This document shows, in pieces, positions 40,601 through 52,100 of a stretch of DNA of 64,000 bases. The stretch lies in the NCBI GenBank assembly GCA_965246715.1, contig CBDFFH010000022.1, forward strand, positions 111,404-175,403. Reading direction: 5' to 3'. The position numbers were made by a program, and so were the translations under genes. Within the stretch, counting starts at the first letter, position 1, and each line of letters opens with the position of its first letter. This stretch comes from Chamaesiphon sp. Lineage in GTDB: Bacteria > Cyanobacteriota > Cyanobacteriia > Cyanobacteriales > Chamaesiphonaceae. A model generated the notes under the pieces. That model was not told where the DNA came from, made no database searches, and was given only the letters and a program-made list of their open reading frames with translations.

Positions 40601-40824
40601 GGGCAGTTTGGATGCCCATAAGGGCTACTCCGACGAGATCCGCTCGAATCGATATCGATCGATTTAATGTGTGGATAACAGCAGCGGGATTCGATTGGGT
40701 AAATATTGACATCGAGATTACGTCAACTAGCAGACGTAAGTCACAGCGAAATCTTCATGACGTTTGGAAAATAGAGCTAACACAACAGATATTTGCTAAA
40801 GCTGCACCAACCGAGAATCACGCC

Positions 40825-41400
40825 ATGAAAACTAACTCGCTTGTCTCTCTCATTTGCTGTCTGACTGTTAACGGCATCAATTCTTGTTATCAGCCAGCTG
40901 TAGCTCGATCGTTACCGCAACCAAGCCACATTGCAGAAGTTCTGACTTCCACACGGCAGAGTGCTAGTGAGACACATAAAGTTGTGATAGTTCAAGAAGG
41001 CGAGAAGTATAGTTATGGTGATGCTGAGGGTTATGAAATAACCGAGGCGAAATTTGACAACACCTACAAATTTCTGGATGGGTTAGCAGCGGTCAAAATT
41101 GATGGTAAATAACGTCAGTTCGGGATAAGGAAAATTGATTTGCTCCGCTTAAGCACCGCCCTGAACTGGAAGTGTCTCGTTCCGAGAGGCTACGCCAACG
41201 GGCTAATAACTCAAGTTCTCTGAAGAGAAATGCCGAATTGATTAGTTCGTTTTAACGAACTTTTGCTATGAGCAACTAATTCATTTGAGGGCGGTCTGGA
41301 AACGAAGCGAGGAGTCATCGAGCGGCAATCCTTATCCCGAACTGACGTTAAATAGGTCTTTATTAATAGCGGCAAGAATACCGTAATTGCGATGCAATGA
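40825..41400 (+). pseudogene. secreted WG-repeat protein fragment interrupted by a MITE
   Basis: Signal-like start; KYSYGD..G..I..AKFD...FLDGLAAVKIDGK (WG repeat) stops at the MITE. The sequence after the MITE reads *VFINSG, a decayed WGFI. Confidence 0.65.
41112..41348. mobile_element. MITE type B, target duplication TAAATA
   Basis: acgtcagttcggg / cccgaactgacgt; taaata on both sides; contains a 24-nt element at 41175-41198. Confidence 0.88.
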
Positions 41401-41532
41401 ATTATCAGCATGGTATGTAGTCACCTGCGTTCTGAATTATTGTTAAAAACGATGCTGACGATACATTTGCAAGCAACGGTATTAATATCAGTCCCAAAAT
41501 AGTAATCGATCGCTAGTAAATTTCCAAGCTAT

Positions 41533-42171
41533 CTAAAACTGAGCGGCGATCGAAATACTTTTAATTAGCTCATTTTTAGTCAATAACTCTTCCAGCTGTA
41601 AATAGGCAGAGATCGACTCAGTTGTTATTTCGTGTTGCTGCTTGTGCTGAAATACCGATAGCGTCGTGAGAATAGTCAGCACATCTCGCGGCTTGAGCGG
41701 GACAAAATTACCACCGATGTCCTTAGATAATAGCTTCGGTAAACAAGTTGGTAACTGCTGCACATTGGTCATCAAGTCGCGTTGCCGGAGCAAGCACAGT
41801 CGATCGAGTCCAAAATCCTTGTAAACTAATAGGCGAGTACAATCCTCAGTCACCACTTCAAAATCTGACGAGGTTAAAATGCAAATTCCCAGATGCACTT
41901 GAATTTTAGTGGGTAGCCGACAGACTAATTTAAAATCAATTAAACCCTGATTGCGTCCGGGGGGATAAATCCGATCGAGTCCTTCGATTTTGACATCAGC
42001 GATCGTCCGACCAACTAGGAATGATAAACATAGTAGTAATCCAGCCGCGATTTTCTCTTTATCATCGATCGCGATTGATAGCTCTGGGATTAATACTTGG
42101 CGCTCGACAGCAAAAGCGGCGCTGGTTTTTTGGAGATCTGAGATCGATCTAGAGGATTCTGGACTAGTCAT
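41533..42171 (-). CDS. hypothetical protein
   Basis: 212-aa ORF with plausible composition; no motif confidently recognised. Confidence 0.6.
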   Translation of the reverse strand: MTSPESSRSISDLQKTSAAFAVERQVLIPELSIAIDDKEKIAAGLLLCLSFLVGRTIADVKIEGLDRIYPPGRNQGLIDFKLVCRLPTKIQVHLGICILTSSDFEVVTEDCTRLLVYKDFGLDRLCLLRQRDLMTNVQQLPTCLPKLLSKDIGGNFVPLKPRDVLTILTTLSVFQHKQQHEITTESISAYLQLEELLTKNELIKSISIAAQF

Positions 42172-42270
42172 TTTAATTTACGATTCAGCATTATCCGAGA
42201 CATTGAAGGCGAAAATTGACTAAAAAGTCTTTAAACTAGGATTAAAGATCGAATACCACGCTTAGGCAAC

Positions 42271-42942
42271 ATGACAGAATCAAAATCGGCACAGGAATTA
42301 TTTCAGGCTGCTTACGAAAATCGTTATACATGGGAGCCTAATTTCCCTGGTTATACGGCAACAGTCGAATTAAAACAGGGAAATGAAATATTCACTGGTA
42401 AAGTCTCCGTCAAATCCAATCTGAGTGCGGAAGTAACTGGCATCGATAATGAAGAAGCCTGTAACTCCATTATCGGCCAACTGCGCGAAGTCGCGATCCA
42501 CCGCGTCCGTCGTAGTTTTGCGGAAACCCACGGTAAAAATACCTTTAGCTATGGCGAAACCGATGCCACAGGTGCCGTAGAAATCCTCATGGGCGGCAAA
42601 TCCGCAGGCGATCGTTATAAACTGCGGAATAATGAAGTCTGCCACGTTCATCGCCATATTCATGGGATTATGGTGACGATCGATACCTTTAGCAGTCACG
42701 ATACAGGTGCCGGTTATCTATCGCATCGTTACGATTCAGTATATGCCGATCCAGTAACTGGCGAAATCAAAAGCGGCAAGATCGTTTTTGAAGATAACTA
42801 CCAAGCTGTCGGCGGTTTCCAAATCCTCAGCCAACGTATTATCGAGGCTGTCGAAAACGGACAACCCACTACTACTGAGTTTAACTTCTCTGATATCGAG
42901 TTATTAGCCGAGCGAGTAGAAGCTGTCGCCGCTACTGCCTAA
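42271..42942 (+). CDS. DUF3386 family protein
   Basis: AQELFQAAYENRYTW..FPGY and HRVRRSF..HG motifs of a conserved cyanobacterial family. Confidence 0.8.
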   Translation: MTESKSAQELFQAAYENRYTWEPNFPGYTATVELKQGNEIFTGKVSVKSNLSAEVTGIDNEEACNSIIGQLREVAIHRVRRSFAETHGKNTFSYGETDATGAVEILMGGKSAGDRYKLRNNEVCHVHRHIHGIMVTIDTFSSHDTGAGYLSHRYDSVYADPVTGEIKSGKIVFEDNYQAVGGFQILSQRIIEAVENGQPTTTEFNFSDIELLAERVEAVAATA

Positions 42943-42972
42943 ATATCTGGTGTCGTCCAGTTAAATTATGTA

Positions 42973-43151
42973 ACCCAAGTTGCTACCTAGCAATGCCTAC
43001 GATTAAAATCGGGGCTAATAATCCAAAGTCCGCGTAGGCGGACTGGTTTATTAGTCCGAGTAGGCGGGCTTTTGCCGCGAGCGGCAACAACCGGACTTTG
43101 CATTCTGAGGAGCGGTTTCTAACCGCTTTGGTTATAGGTAGCAACTTGGGT
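42973..43151. mobile_element. MITE type A
   Basis: acccaagttgctaccta / taggtagcaacttgggt, perfect TIRs. Confidence 0.85.
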
Positions 43152-43209
43152 TAACGCATAATTCATAATTTATAATTTATTCCGTTGGGTTGTAGGAGCG
43201 TTCTATAAA

Positions 43210-44298
43210 ATGCTGGGATATCTCTTAGCTGTATTGGTAGGTGGGGGTAGCGCGGGTTTGTATATCGCCGCTTTCTTTTTCCCCGAAATTCATCGCAAGC
43301 CAGATTTCATCTGGGGTGGAGTGGGGTTGTTCTATGCGCTGGTGCTGTGGATTTACGCGCCAGAGCTGACGGGTGGCATTTTAGTCGGGCAAGCAGCTAG
43401 TGTCGCATTGCTAGGTTGGTTTGGATGGCAAACTGTCAAACTCCGCCAATTAGTCCCGATCGATTGGCAAACTTCCCTACCCATCACTAAGACTCCGGAA
43501 CGTATCGATGCCAAGCAGGCAAATCCAACTCGTAACAAAGCCGCCGCCAAAAAAACGAGCGGATCGCCGGATATATCGCGCCCTACAACAGCAGCAACCT
43601 CCGCTTCACAAGTCATTGAGCCAGTAGTCGAGCCAAAATCGCCACCTGCTACCCCAGCCGCTAAATCTACGCCCAAACCACTACCTAGCAATGAATCCGT
43701 GCGGGTAGAGATCGCTACGAGTGTACCAGCAAAGCCACCTTCAACCAGAATTATCCCAGACACCTCGATCGAGCAAGATGATGCAGCTTGGATTAGATTG
43801 GAAGTTAAACCCTCGCCCGATGCTTCTACTTTGATTAAAGAGGTAACTCGATCTGCGCGAAGCGATGCTCCGCAAACTACTCCACCAGCAAAATCAGCAC
43901 CAACTCAAGCACCACCAGCCTCAGCCAAGCCTCAGCCCGATCGATCGATTCCCACTCCACCACCACCGCCACCAGCCAAGCCGCAACCGCTTCCAGAACA
44001 GACAAGCAAACAAGCTAATTCGGTACAAACCTCAGAGGTGGATAAACCGCCAGTTCGATCGGATATAGTCAAACCTGTCGCCGAGATAACGCCACCACCT
44101 GCACTCTTAGCAGCGGCGAAGCCTTTAGGTGAAGCAACTCAGCCCCCGACAACTCCACCCAAGAAGATCGAAGCTGTACCTGTACCGATCGAACATCCTC
44201 ACCTGCAGCAGATTTCACCAACTGCAAATCACAATGCCCCAACCGAGCAAACGGGGGATCTCGATCGACTAATTGCCGAATTAGAGTCTGAGATTTAG
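43210..44298 (+). CDS. Ycf66-family membrane protein with a long Pro/Thr-rich tail
   Basis: FFPEIHRKPDF..GVGLFYALVLW..GQ..WQTV N-terminal domain followed by a low-complexity C-terminus. Confidence 0.78.
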   Translation: MLGYLLAVLVGGGSAGLYIAAFFFPEIHRKPDFIWGGVGLFYALVLWIYAPELTGGILVGQAASVALLGWFGWQTVKLRQLVPIDWQTSLPITKTPERIDAKQANPTRNKAAAKKTSGSPDISRPTTAATSASQVIEPVVEPKSPPATPAAKSTPKPLPSNESVRVEIATSVPAKPPSTRIIPDTSIEQDDAAWIRLEVKPSPDASTLIKEVTRSARSDAPQTTPPAKSAPTQAPPASAKPQPDRSIPTPPPPPPAKPQPLPEQTSKQANSVQTSEVDKPPVRSDIVKPVAEITPPPALLAAAKPLGEATQPPTTPPKKIEAVPVPIEHPHLQQISPTANHNAPTEQTGDLDRLIAELESEI

Positions 44299-44360
44299 AC
44301 GATTCGCTTACTTGGCATGATTAGAGCGGTAGAGCATCCGGTAGGAACTGATGTTAATTA

Positions 44361-44590
44361 ACCCAAGTTGCTACTTACTAGAATGCCAACGATTGTGTCT
44401 TGAAAAGATGCTCTACTTGGGCAAAGCCCAAGACCGCACTTTTCGCAAATCGTGGCTAATGTTGCAAAGTCCGGTTGTTGCCGCTCGCGGCAAAAGCCTG
44501 CCTACGCGGACTAAAACACCAGTCCGCGTAGGCGGACTTTGCATTACGAGGAGCGGTTTTAACCGCTTTGAGTGTAGGTAGGCACTAATG
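44361..44590. mobile_element. MITE type A (right end decayed) with a 51-nt hairpin insertion
   Basis: acccaagttgctact start; insertion at 44396-44446 inside cgattg^aaatcg. Confidence 0.75.
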
Positions 44591-45277
44591 TTAATTGGTT
44601 AACCCATGCTCTAATGCATAGCGAACTAATTCAGTCCGACTATTAGTACCTGTTTTCCCAAACAGACGACTGACATATTTTTCGACATTGCGCACGCTGG
44701 TTTCGAGTTGCTTGGCGATTTCCTTATTCATCAATCCTGCAGCGACTAGATCTAGGACGCTTTGTTCGCGCGGAGTCAGATCGATCCGAATTGGTGGCGG
44801 AGTTTTAACAATACCACTGGTAGGATTGAGCATTCCGCGCAATTCTGCTGCGATCTGCTTGGCAATCCCTTCCATTTCGGGATTTTGGGAAGCAGCGACA
44901 GCGACAGTACGACGTTCTAGCAGGTTTTGGACAATCGCGATCAGTTCGTCAGGATCGAATGGTTTGGATAAATAAGCATCGCAACCCGCTTGATAACCAG
45001 AAATTCGATCGGCTTTCATGCCGCGTGCCGTCAGGAAAATTACTGGAGTTGCCTTAAATCGATCGTCATCCCGCATTTGCTTGAGAAACTGATATCCATC
45101 CACCTGGGGCATCATCACATCAGTAATCACTAGATCGGGCAACTGCTGCTGCAATAGCTCCCAGGCATCCTTGGCACTACTTGCCACTTGGACGTTGTAC
45201 CCGCTATCTTCAAGATAAGCTTGGACTGCTTCGCGCAATCCTGGTTCGTCATCTACCAGTAAAAGTTTACCTGCCAT
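44591..45277 (-). CDS. ycf29: NarL/LuxR-type response regulator, Ycf29/Rre1 orthologue
   Basis: LLLVDDEPGLREAV receiver plus LTPREQSVL..GLMNKEIA..L.TSVRNVEKYVSRLF.KTGT.SRTELVR. Confidence 0.85.
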   Translation of the reverse strand: MAGKLLLVDDEPGLREAVQAYLEDSGYNVQVASSAKDAWELLQQQLPDLVITDVMMPQVDGYQFLKQMRDDDRFKATPVIFLTARGMKADRISGYQAGCDAYLSKPFDPDELIAIVQNLLERRTVAVAASQNPEMEGIAKQIAAELRGMLNPTSGIVKTPPPIRIDLTPREQSVLDLVAAGLMNKEIAKQLETSVRNVEKYVSRLFGKTGTNSRTELVRYALEHGLTN

Positions 45278-45705
45278 CGTGTTACGTTCCTATGCCCTTG
45301 CAGTCTTCATCTATCTCACTGTAGCAAAACTTGTACGGTTTAAGCCGAACATTGGCAGGAGATGATGGCATTAAGCTCGTTTAGAGTGTCAAGCGCGATC
45401 TCCAGGCAACAAGACACTACCTAAATCCTATTGCACTATGTCGGTCTGCAGGTCAGTCGTTTGGCGGATTCCGTTTCAATGGTGTTTGGTATGATAGCAA
45501 ATAGGTAAGTAAATTTCTTTATTTATCGCGCTATTGTAATTACGATCGCTGTCAATTATTGGCACTGTTGTTATTACTAAGTGTGGCAATCGATCGGTTG
45601 AATCTTCACAACTCGATCTTCCACAGCGGATATTTCGCGAACGCACCAGCAATCGCGCTCATCAATAGCGCGCTCGACGATTCAGATTAAACTCATTAAT
45701 TTAGC

Positions 45706-46275
45706 TTGATGCTGCTTGCAACTAAGGCAACTCCGATTTCACTATTGGTCGCAATCTGGAGCTTACGATCCGTACCTATTTGTTTGTTAATGTTAATGTT
45801 TGTATTCAATAGTGGCAGTATTCCTTCGCCACATCCGAGTTTACACTTTTGGTTCGATACGATCGCGGTTGCGGGGATTGTCAGTATTATCGTCTACTGG
45901 GGTCGGCAACAACGCCTACATTGGAATGTCAGTTTAGTTATTTATTTATATATTTTCCTGGTTTTATTGCTGCGCGATCCATATGGAATTTTGACTGCGG
46001 CTAGCAGTGGCAATCTCGCCACGATCGATTGGCAATCCCTATTTAGTAGTTTAGGGGTGGCACTAGGAATTTTTGGTAGTGGGATGCTCGTTGAAGTCTT
46101 AATTTCCCATCTGCGCCAATCCAAAGTTTGGGCGTGGTGGCTGGCACTAATTATCTCAATTGCTTATGTCGCGAGTATCGTGTTCTTTTTTTCAGGCACA
46201 CTAGGCATCTGGAGTTTATTCGACACCGATACCAAACGAATGTTTAAGCGAGCGGTTCGTTATGCCCGAGACTAG
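45706..46275 (+). CDS. hypothetical membrane protein
   Basis: 189 aa with about 5-6 hydrophobic segments; start uncertain. Confidence 0.6.
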   Translation: MMLLATKATPISLLVAIWSLRSVPICLLMLMFVFNSGSIPSPHPSLHFWFDTIAVAGIVSIIVYWGRQQRLHWNVSLVIYLYIFLVLLLRDPYGILTAASSGNLATIDWQSLFSSLGVALGIFGSGMLVEVLISHLRQSKVWAWWLALIISIAYVASIVFFFSGTLGIWSLFDTDTKRMFKRAVRYARD

Positions 46276-46332
46276 GTAAGTTGTTCGACAGCTAGATCGA
46301 TTTTAGCTGATGGTTTTAGTGACTAGTCACTA

Positions 46333-46379
46333 GCGATGCGCGCTCCTCGGGTTCCCCGAGGGTTTAGCGCATCAAGACA
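46333..46379 (-). repeat. 47-nt TGTCTTG...CGC hairpin element inserted in the centre of a palindrome
   Basis: Flanks rejoin as gactagtcac-ta-gtggctagtc. Confidence 0.7.
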
Positions 46380-46508
46380 GTGGCTAGTCATAGTAAATAT
46401 TTGAGGATTATTTGCGAGCTTAATAATCGACTGTCGAACGATCGATTTGAATGCCTGTCAGCTTACACACGGCAGAATTAGCGGAGATCGATAAATCGAG
46501 TGGATTAA

Positions 46509-47651
46509 TTGCTAAAATCGAGACCGTCGCTGCACTCGGTCATCATTTTGAAAAATTCTTCATCGCCCCGACTCAAAATCCTCATCTTATCTACGCCAGT
46601 TGGTGCATTGGGTTCTGGCTTAGGGGGCGGAGTCGAACTAACGATCGCCAATTTAGCCCGAGAACTGCGATCGCGCGGACATGAGATCGATATTATCGCT
46701 CCAGCAGGTTCGATGTTGGGTGATTTGTCGATTATCCAAATCCCTGGCGAACTCCAAATCACGGCCCAAACGCAGGGGCAGACAGCACCGATTATGATGC
46801 CCAGCGATCCAGTCTTGGCGAATATGTGGGCGAGAGCCAGAGACATCCAAGCTGACTATCAAATTATTTTTAATACTGCCTTTGACTGGTTGCCATTTTA
46901 TCTGACACCCTTTTTCCAAACGCCGATCGCGCATTTCGTCAGTATGGGCGCTCAGATTGCCGCAGTCGATTTAGCGATCGAACGCGTCGCGATCGATTTT
47001 CCTGGCACGATCTCAGTATGTACGCGCGCCCAAGCCGAGACATTTAGCTTTGCCGAGCTTTGTCTGCCGATCGGCGGTAGCGGTATCGATCCGGCTGTAT
47101 ATGAGTACTGTGGCACCCCAGATAACTGTTTGGCATGGTTGGGTCGAATTTCCCCCGAAAAGGCCCTAGAAGACGCGATCGCGGCCGCTCAACGCACCGG
47201 AATCGAGCTGAAAATCATGGGGAAAATTCAGGATACCGCTTACTGGGAGCAAATCCAACGGGATTATCCTGATGCCCCGATCGAATATCTTGGCTTTCTG
47301 TCTACCGATCGATTGCAACAAGCGCTCCGTACCTGTCGAGGGATGTTAATGACCCCACGCTGGGTAGAAGCGTTTGGTAACGTCGCGATCGAGAGTCTTG
47401 CCTGTGGCGTACCAGTGATTGCCTATCGGCGCGGCGGTACGGCAGAAATTATCGAGGATGGTAAAACCGGATTTTTAGTCGAACCCGATAGTGTCGATGC
47501 CCTAGTTACCGCGATCGGTCGGTTGGATGAGATCGATCGGGCAACATGTCGCCATGCTGCTGAAACTAAATTTTCGCAAGCGGCTTGGGGCGATGTTGTT
47601 GAAGCTTGGTTTTATCGGTTGGTGGACGAGCGAACCAACCTTATCCGATAG
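46509..47651 (+). CDS. glycosyltransferase family 4
   Basis: STPVGALGSGLGGGVE, GRISPEK and EAFGNVAIESLACGVPV motifs; start uncertain. Confidence 0.9.
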   Translation: MLKSRPSLHSVIILKNSSSPRLKILILSTPVGALGSGLGGGVELTIANLARELRSRGHEIDIIAPAGSMLGDLSIIQIPGELQITAQTQGQTAPIMMPSDPVLANMWARARDIQADYQIIFNTAFDWLPFYLTPFFQTPIAHFVSMGAQIAAVDLAIERVAIDFPGTISVCTRAQAETFSFAELCLPIGGSGIDPAVYEYCGTPDNCLAWLGRISPEKALEDAIAAAQRTGIELKIMGKIQDTAYWEQIQRDYPDAPIEYLGFLSTDRLQQALRTCRGMLMTPRWVEAFGNVAIESLACGVPVIAYRRGGTAEIIEDGKTGFLVEPDSVDALVTAIGRLDEIDRATCRHAAETKFSQAAWGDVVEAWFYRLVDERTNLIR

Positions 47652-47685
47652 GGCATCTCTGAGCGGATGAGAATAAGAAATTTCT

Positions 47686-47954
47686 GCCGTTGCTGAATTT
47701 AGGATGATTTATTTCAGAGTTTGCCTCTGAAAATAAGTAACGTGAGTTCGGGTTAAGGATATTTGCTTCGTTCTAGTACCGCCGACGATTGAAATCGTGG
47801 CTATTAATACAAAGTCCGCCTTCGCGGACTAATATTCCAGTCCGCGAAGGCGGACTTTGCATCATGAGCAGAGACTTCAGTCTCTAGGCTCTTCTTAACC
47901 CGAACTCACGTTACTTATTTTTGAGGGTTTTTTATACTACAATTCTACAACGCC
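47686..47954. mobile_element. decayed type-D MITE with a type-B-ended element (47740-47911) nested inside
   Basis: gccgttgctgaatttaggatga ... aattctacaacgcc; inner acgtgagttcgggttaag / cttaacccgaactcacgt. Confidence 0.75.
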
Positions 47955-47982
47955 TAATTCCCGATCCCCTAATCTCTATCCT

Positions 47983-48207
47983 CTAAATTGCTTCCAACTC
48001 ATCCTCACGCAGATGCGCTTTGAGTTTATCGTTGTCGAACTTGACGATCAGGGGAAAATTGGCACTGATAGGGCGACCTTTCCATTCAGTGGCTATTTTG
48101 TCGATCGTGCCCTCTTGGTTTTGAATATCGACAGCAACACCGCGATGTTTAGGGTGATGATAAATAACTACAGATGTCTTGACACGAACGCGGTCGCCTA
48201 CTTGCAT
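47983..48207 (-). CDS. ftrV: ferredoxin-thioredoxin reductase variable chain
   Basis: VGDRVRVK.SV.IYHHP..R...D....G......WKGRPISANFP..V.F....KAHLREDEL. Confidence 0.92.
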   Translation of the reverse strand: MQVGDRVRVKTSVVIYHHPKHRGVAVDIQNQEGTIDKIATEWKGRPISANFPLIVKFDNDKLKAHLREDELEAI

Positions 48208-48903
48208 AATAACTTAAATACCTTGTGACTGATTACAGTTGAAGTGGATGACATTGAATCGAACGGACGAGCTGGTACTGGTCGATCGAGGCTAGCGCGG
48301 AGCGGCTAAGCTAATGAAATCGCTCGCCACAGCTCGATCGTCAGCCGATAGCTGTGCAGCTATACTCGCAATTAGCGCTTGCCACAGCACCAGGTGCAAG
48401 AAAAGAGCATCGCTTCTTATTCTCTCATGAGTAGCCTCAGTCTCGATCGCTCGCCCCCACAATAGAGCCGTCACGCGAGATCGGAACCGCACGATCTGAC
48501 TGGGGATCGAGGAACTCGTAACTGGATTATCTTGCGGTAGGCTTCGCCAACGACGATCGCCAGTCTCCCCAAATTACTATCCCCATGCATTCATAACCGA
48601 TAGCTAAGCTCAGCCATTTAACTATTGACAATATCGATCGAGACTAAATTTAGCTGCGATCGAGATCGCAGTCGATCGAGATTTCCCTAGTTAGAATGCG
48701 GATATTTAGGGTCATCAGCACGAGTAGCAAAAATCGCTCGCCAAAGATGGTGAGGTATTTTTACGTAATTTGGGCAAGCTAAAGATATGAAATTTACCAT
48801 CGATCGATCGAGACTGCGTAGCTATTCGACGACCGCTGGCGATCGATTCGACTAGGTAGCGATCGAATAGTTACCCACATATTTGTCAGCTTTATATAAA
48901 TTA

Positions 48904-49116
48904 ACGTGAGTTCGGGATAAGGAAAATTGATTTGCTCCGCTCAAGCCCCGCCCTGAACTATAAGTTCGGGCTAATAGCTAAAGTTCTCTGAAGAGAACTG
49001 CAAAATCGATTAGTTCGTTTCAACGAACTTTAGCTATTAGCCCCAAATTCATTTGAGGGCGGTGCGAAAACGAAGCTAGGAGTGATTAAGCACAAATCCT
49101 TAACCCGAACTCACGT
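48904..49116. mobile_element. MITE type B, target duplication TAAATTA
   Basis: acgtgagttcggg / cccgaactcacgt; taaatta on both sides. Confidence 0.88.
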
Positions 49117-49187
49117 TAAATTAGTTAATTTTCTAGCCGATCTTCATTACACAAAAGCGATCTCACTACATCCCAGAGCAACCGACG

Positions 49188-52100
49188 ATGAATAAGAACC
49201 CAAATCCCACCGATCGACAACTCCTGCAACTCATCCTGCGAGCACAACATCTGGCACGTAAAGATGCTCAGTCTGATGAAGGTTATGCAATGATGCTAGT
49301 GTCGATTTTGTCCATCTTGATCTTCAGTATGCTGGGTGCATTTCTGACGATGACCAATCTCAACAAGTCATCAACAAATGCGTATGTCGATAGCTCGAAT
49401 TCTTTCTACACAGCTGAGTCGGGACTCAATCGCCGCGCTAACGAGCTACGCCAAAAATTTATCGGTTATGCGACCCCAGCCGGTGCGACTCCAGGTGGGG
49501 CAGTAACCAATCCAGCAGTAAATGTAGTCAACTGTTTTGCCCAGCCGATTATTTCGACAGCGAATCCGGCGACAGCAAACGATTTTGAGTGTCGGAACTT
49601 TCAGTTTAACTATACAAAAAATGATAGTAAATTTCAAAACAAAAGTAATACCAATCAAGATTTTGGTGGTAGCGCACAGATAACTGGAACGAGTAGCAAT
49701 GTAAGTTATATTGGCTATACTTTTGTAGCCGATCGAACGGTATTCAATCCCCCAGGATCGACTAACGTTCAGACAACTGTGATTCCTGCCGGAAATTTTG
49801 TGGGATTGAATTCGATCGATTATCAATATACTGTCTTCGCGACTGCGGCTAAAGTCGATCCCCTAAATCCCACCACCACGGCTCAAGGTAGCGATGCCAG
49901 AACTGTCTTGCAGATGAATTTTACCAGTAGGATCGTACCGCTGTTTCAGTTTGCTGTATTCTATGCTGAAGATTTGGAGATGAACTCCACCTCCAGAATG
50001 ACTCTTAGTGGGCGAGTACATACTAATGGAAATCTCTATGTCCAGCCTACTGGGGCTGGTAATCCGATCACTATTGTATTCAATAGCCCAGTAACCAGTG
50101 GTGGCAGTATCTACAATAATGTTCAGTCTGCTGCGTATTTGGGTCTTACTAATTACACGCCTCCACTAATTCTTCAAACACCTCCTGCTACTTATTTTAC
50201 AAGTTCATTTGGTAATGCTGTAAGCACTACGCCTGTAAATGTCAGCCCTTTTGGAACGATGGTTAGAGATGGTAGTGTTGGTGTACAGCCTTTAACTACT
50301 CCTGATGCTGGATTCTTGCGGAAGCGTAATTATATTAGTAACAAAATTGGTGAGTACTTTGGTAAAGCCGATCTGCGTCTAGAGATGGTACCAGATCGAG
50401 ATGTTACTAGCAAAGCTGCTGCGACTTGGACTCGGGACACTAGCGTTATTCCGTTTAACTTCACTTCGATTCAGACTGGTGCTACTGGTGCTTGTAGTCA
50501 AACCGCACCCGCAGCAGGTAGCGACCCCGCTGCAAATTATATCGACCCAACTCGCCAGAATGTTGGTACTCTCAATTGTAATGTCTTTACCAAGGGTCAA
50601 CTCCAAAGTCTACGCCAACCAGTACTGGTGCGGACGGATCTCAACCAAACTGGAGGTGGAACCCTACCAGCTACTGAAGATACAACCTTGGGTAAGGTAG
50701 CAGCTCTAACGGCTTTTGGCAATCCTGTTGCGCCTGTTTTAAGTACGACAGCTAATAATAATGCAATTCTTCGTGCCCTCCAGGTTGCATTAGTTTCTAC
50801 ACCTACCCCCGTCAACTACAACACGCTGAATATCCCATTTAATGCGGCTGTTTACAATGTTGATGTGAACACGACTATCCCAGTTGTTAGCACAACTGCA
50901 ATGGTGGACGGTCATCTCAACACATTTAGGATAGCATTTCAGAACTTGCTTATTGCTGCTGGTGTACCTACTAACGATCAAATTGCACTCCTAGCGGCAT
51001 CTCCAAATCAAATCGCGGCACTCAGAGGTGCTTGGTTCCTGCCCGCACCAGTTCAGAGGATCGAACACAATAACCCTGCTGTTAACATCGCACTAAATCC
51101 ACGCAGTAGTGGTTTTTATGATGGTCGGGAACGGCGGTGGATCACCATGCTCCAGACTAATATCAAGAGTTTGTCTGTCTGGAATCGCGACGGCATATTT
51201 GTGGAAGCTACCAACCAAATAATGGCCAATTCTTATGCTCCCGATCCTGCGAGTGTGACTCAAGCTTTCAATAACGGGAACAATTCGACTGCTTTAGTTA
51301 ACGGTGCCACAGGTGGTTTGGCCTTTGTCCGAGCACCAATAAACACGACAACTCCATCGTCGATCTTCGGCAATCCTGCTGCGGCGATCGGTCTTCGCGC
51401 TCTAGGATTGGGTGCTAGTGACACTACAGAAGGTGGTCTAGTCTTTCATGCGACAGTAAACGATCGGCTGATGGGTACGGCACCTACGACAGCATTAACG
51501 GCAGCAAATGACATTACTACCGATACATTTGCGAATAATACTATCTTCAGGAAATTCCCAGATGGTGTTACAAATTATTTAGACGGGCCAAATGGTTTAA
51601 CTGGTAACACAATCCCAGTTGACTATCCTCGGATCTATCCACAGCAGCCAGCGCCAACTAATAGCAACCCAAATCCAGCACAGAGTCCTTTTGGCTTCGC
51701 TTTTAATAATGGGAACTACTTACCTGCATCAATGACACTGGTTACGGATCAAGCTATCTATGTTCAGGGCGATTTCAATCAGAATGGTACTCCACAGCTC
51801 CCTGCGGTTGGTGGTGGCCCCGACCAATATCGTCTACCTGCTGCAATCATGGGCGATACGATCTCAATTTTGTCTAATCAATGCTTGAGTGGTATTTCGG
51901 CTGCTAATTTGTTAAATACACCTAGGGGTCAGATCGATTGTGGTATTCCTGGCGGTAATTTAACTGGGGGTGCAGCAACGGGGTCAGTCAATATCGGTGG
52001 TAATTATACTAACTATCCTGTTACTGGCCCAACTGCGGTTAATGCCGCCTTTCTCTCCGCGACTAGACGGAGCTGCAATAACGTAGGTAGAGCTGCTTGT

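Noticed and set aside
47738..47913. TA-only (IS630/mariner-type) target duplication for type A/B MITEs
   Set aside because: Most copies show a longer 6-7-bp TA..TA duplication, so the TA belongs to the target site. This copy is an exception, with inverted flanks.
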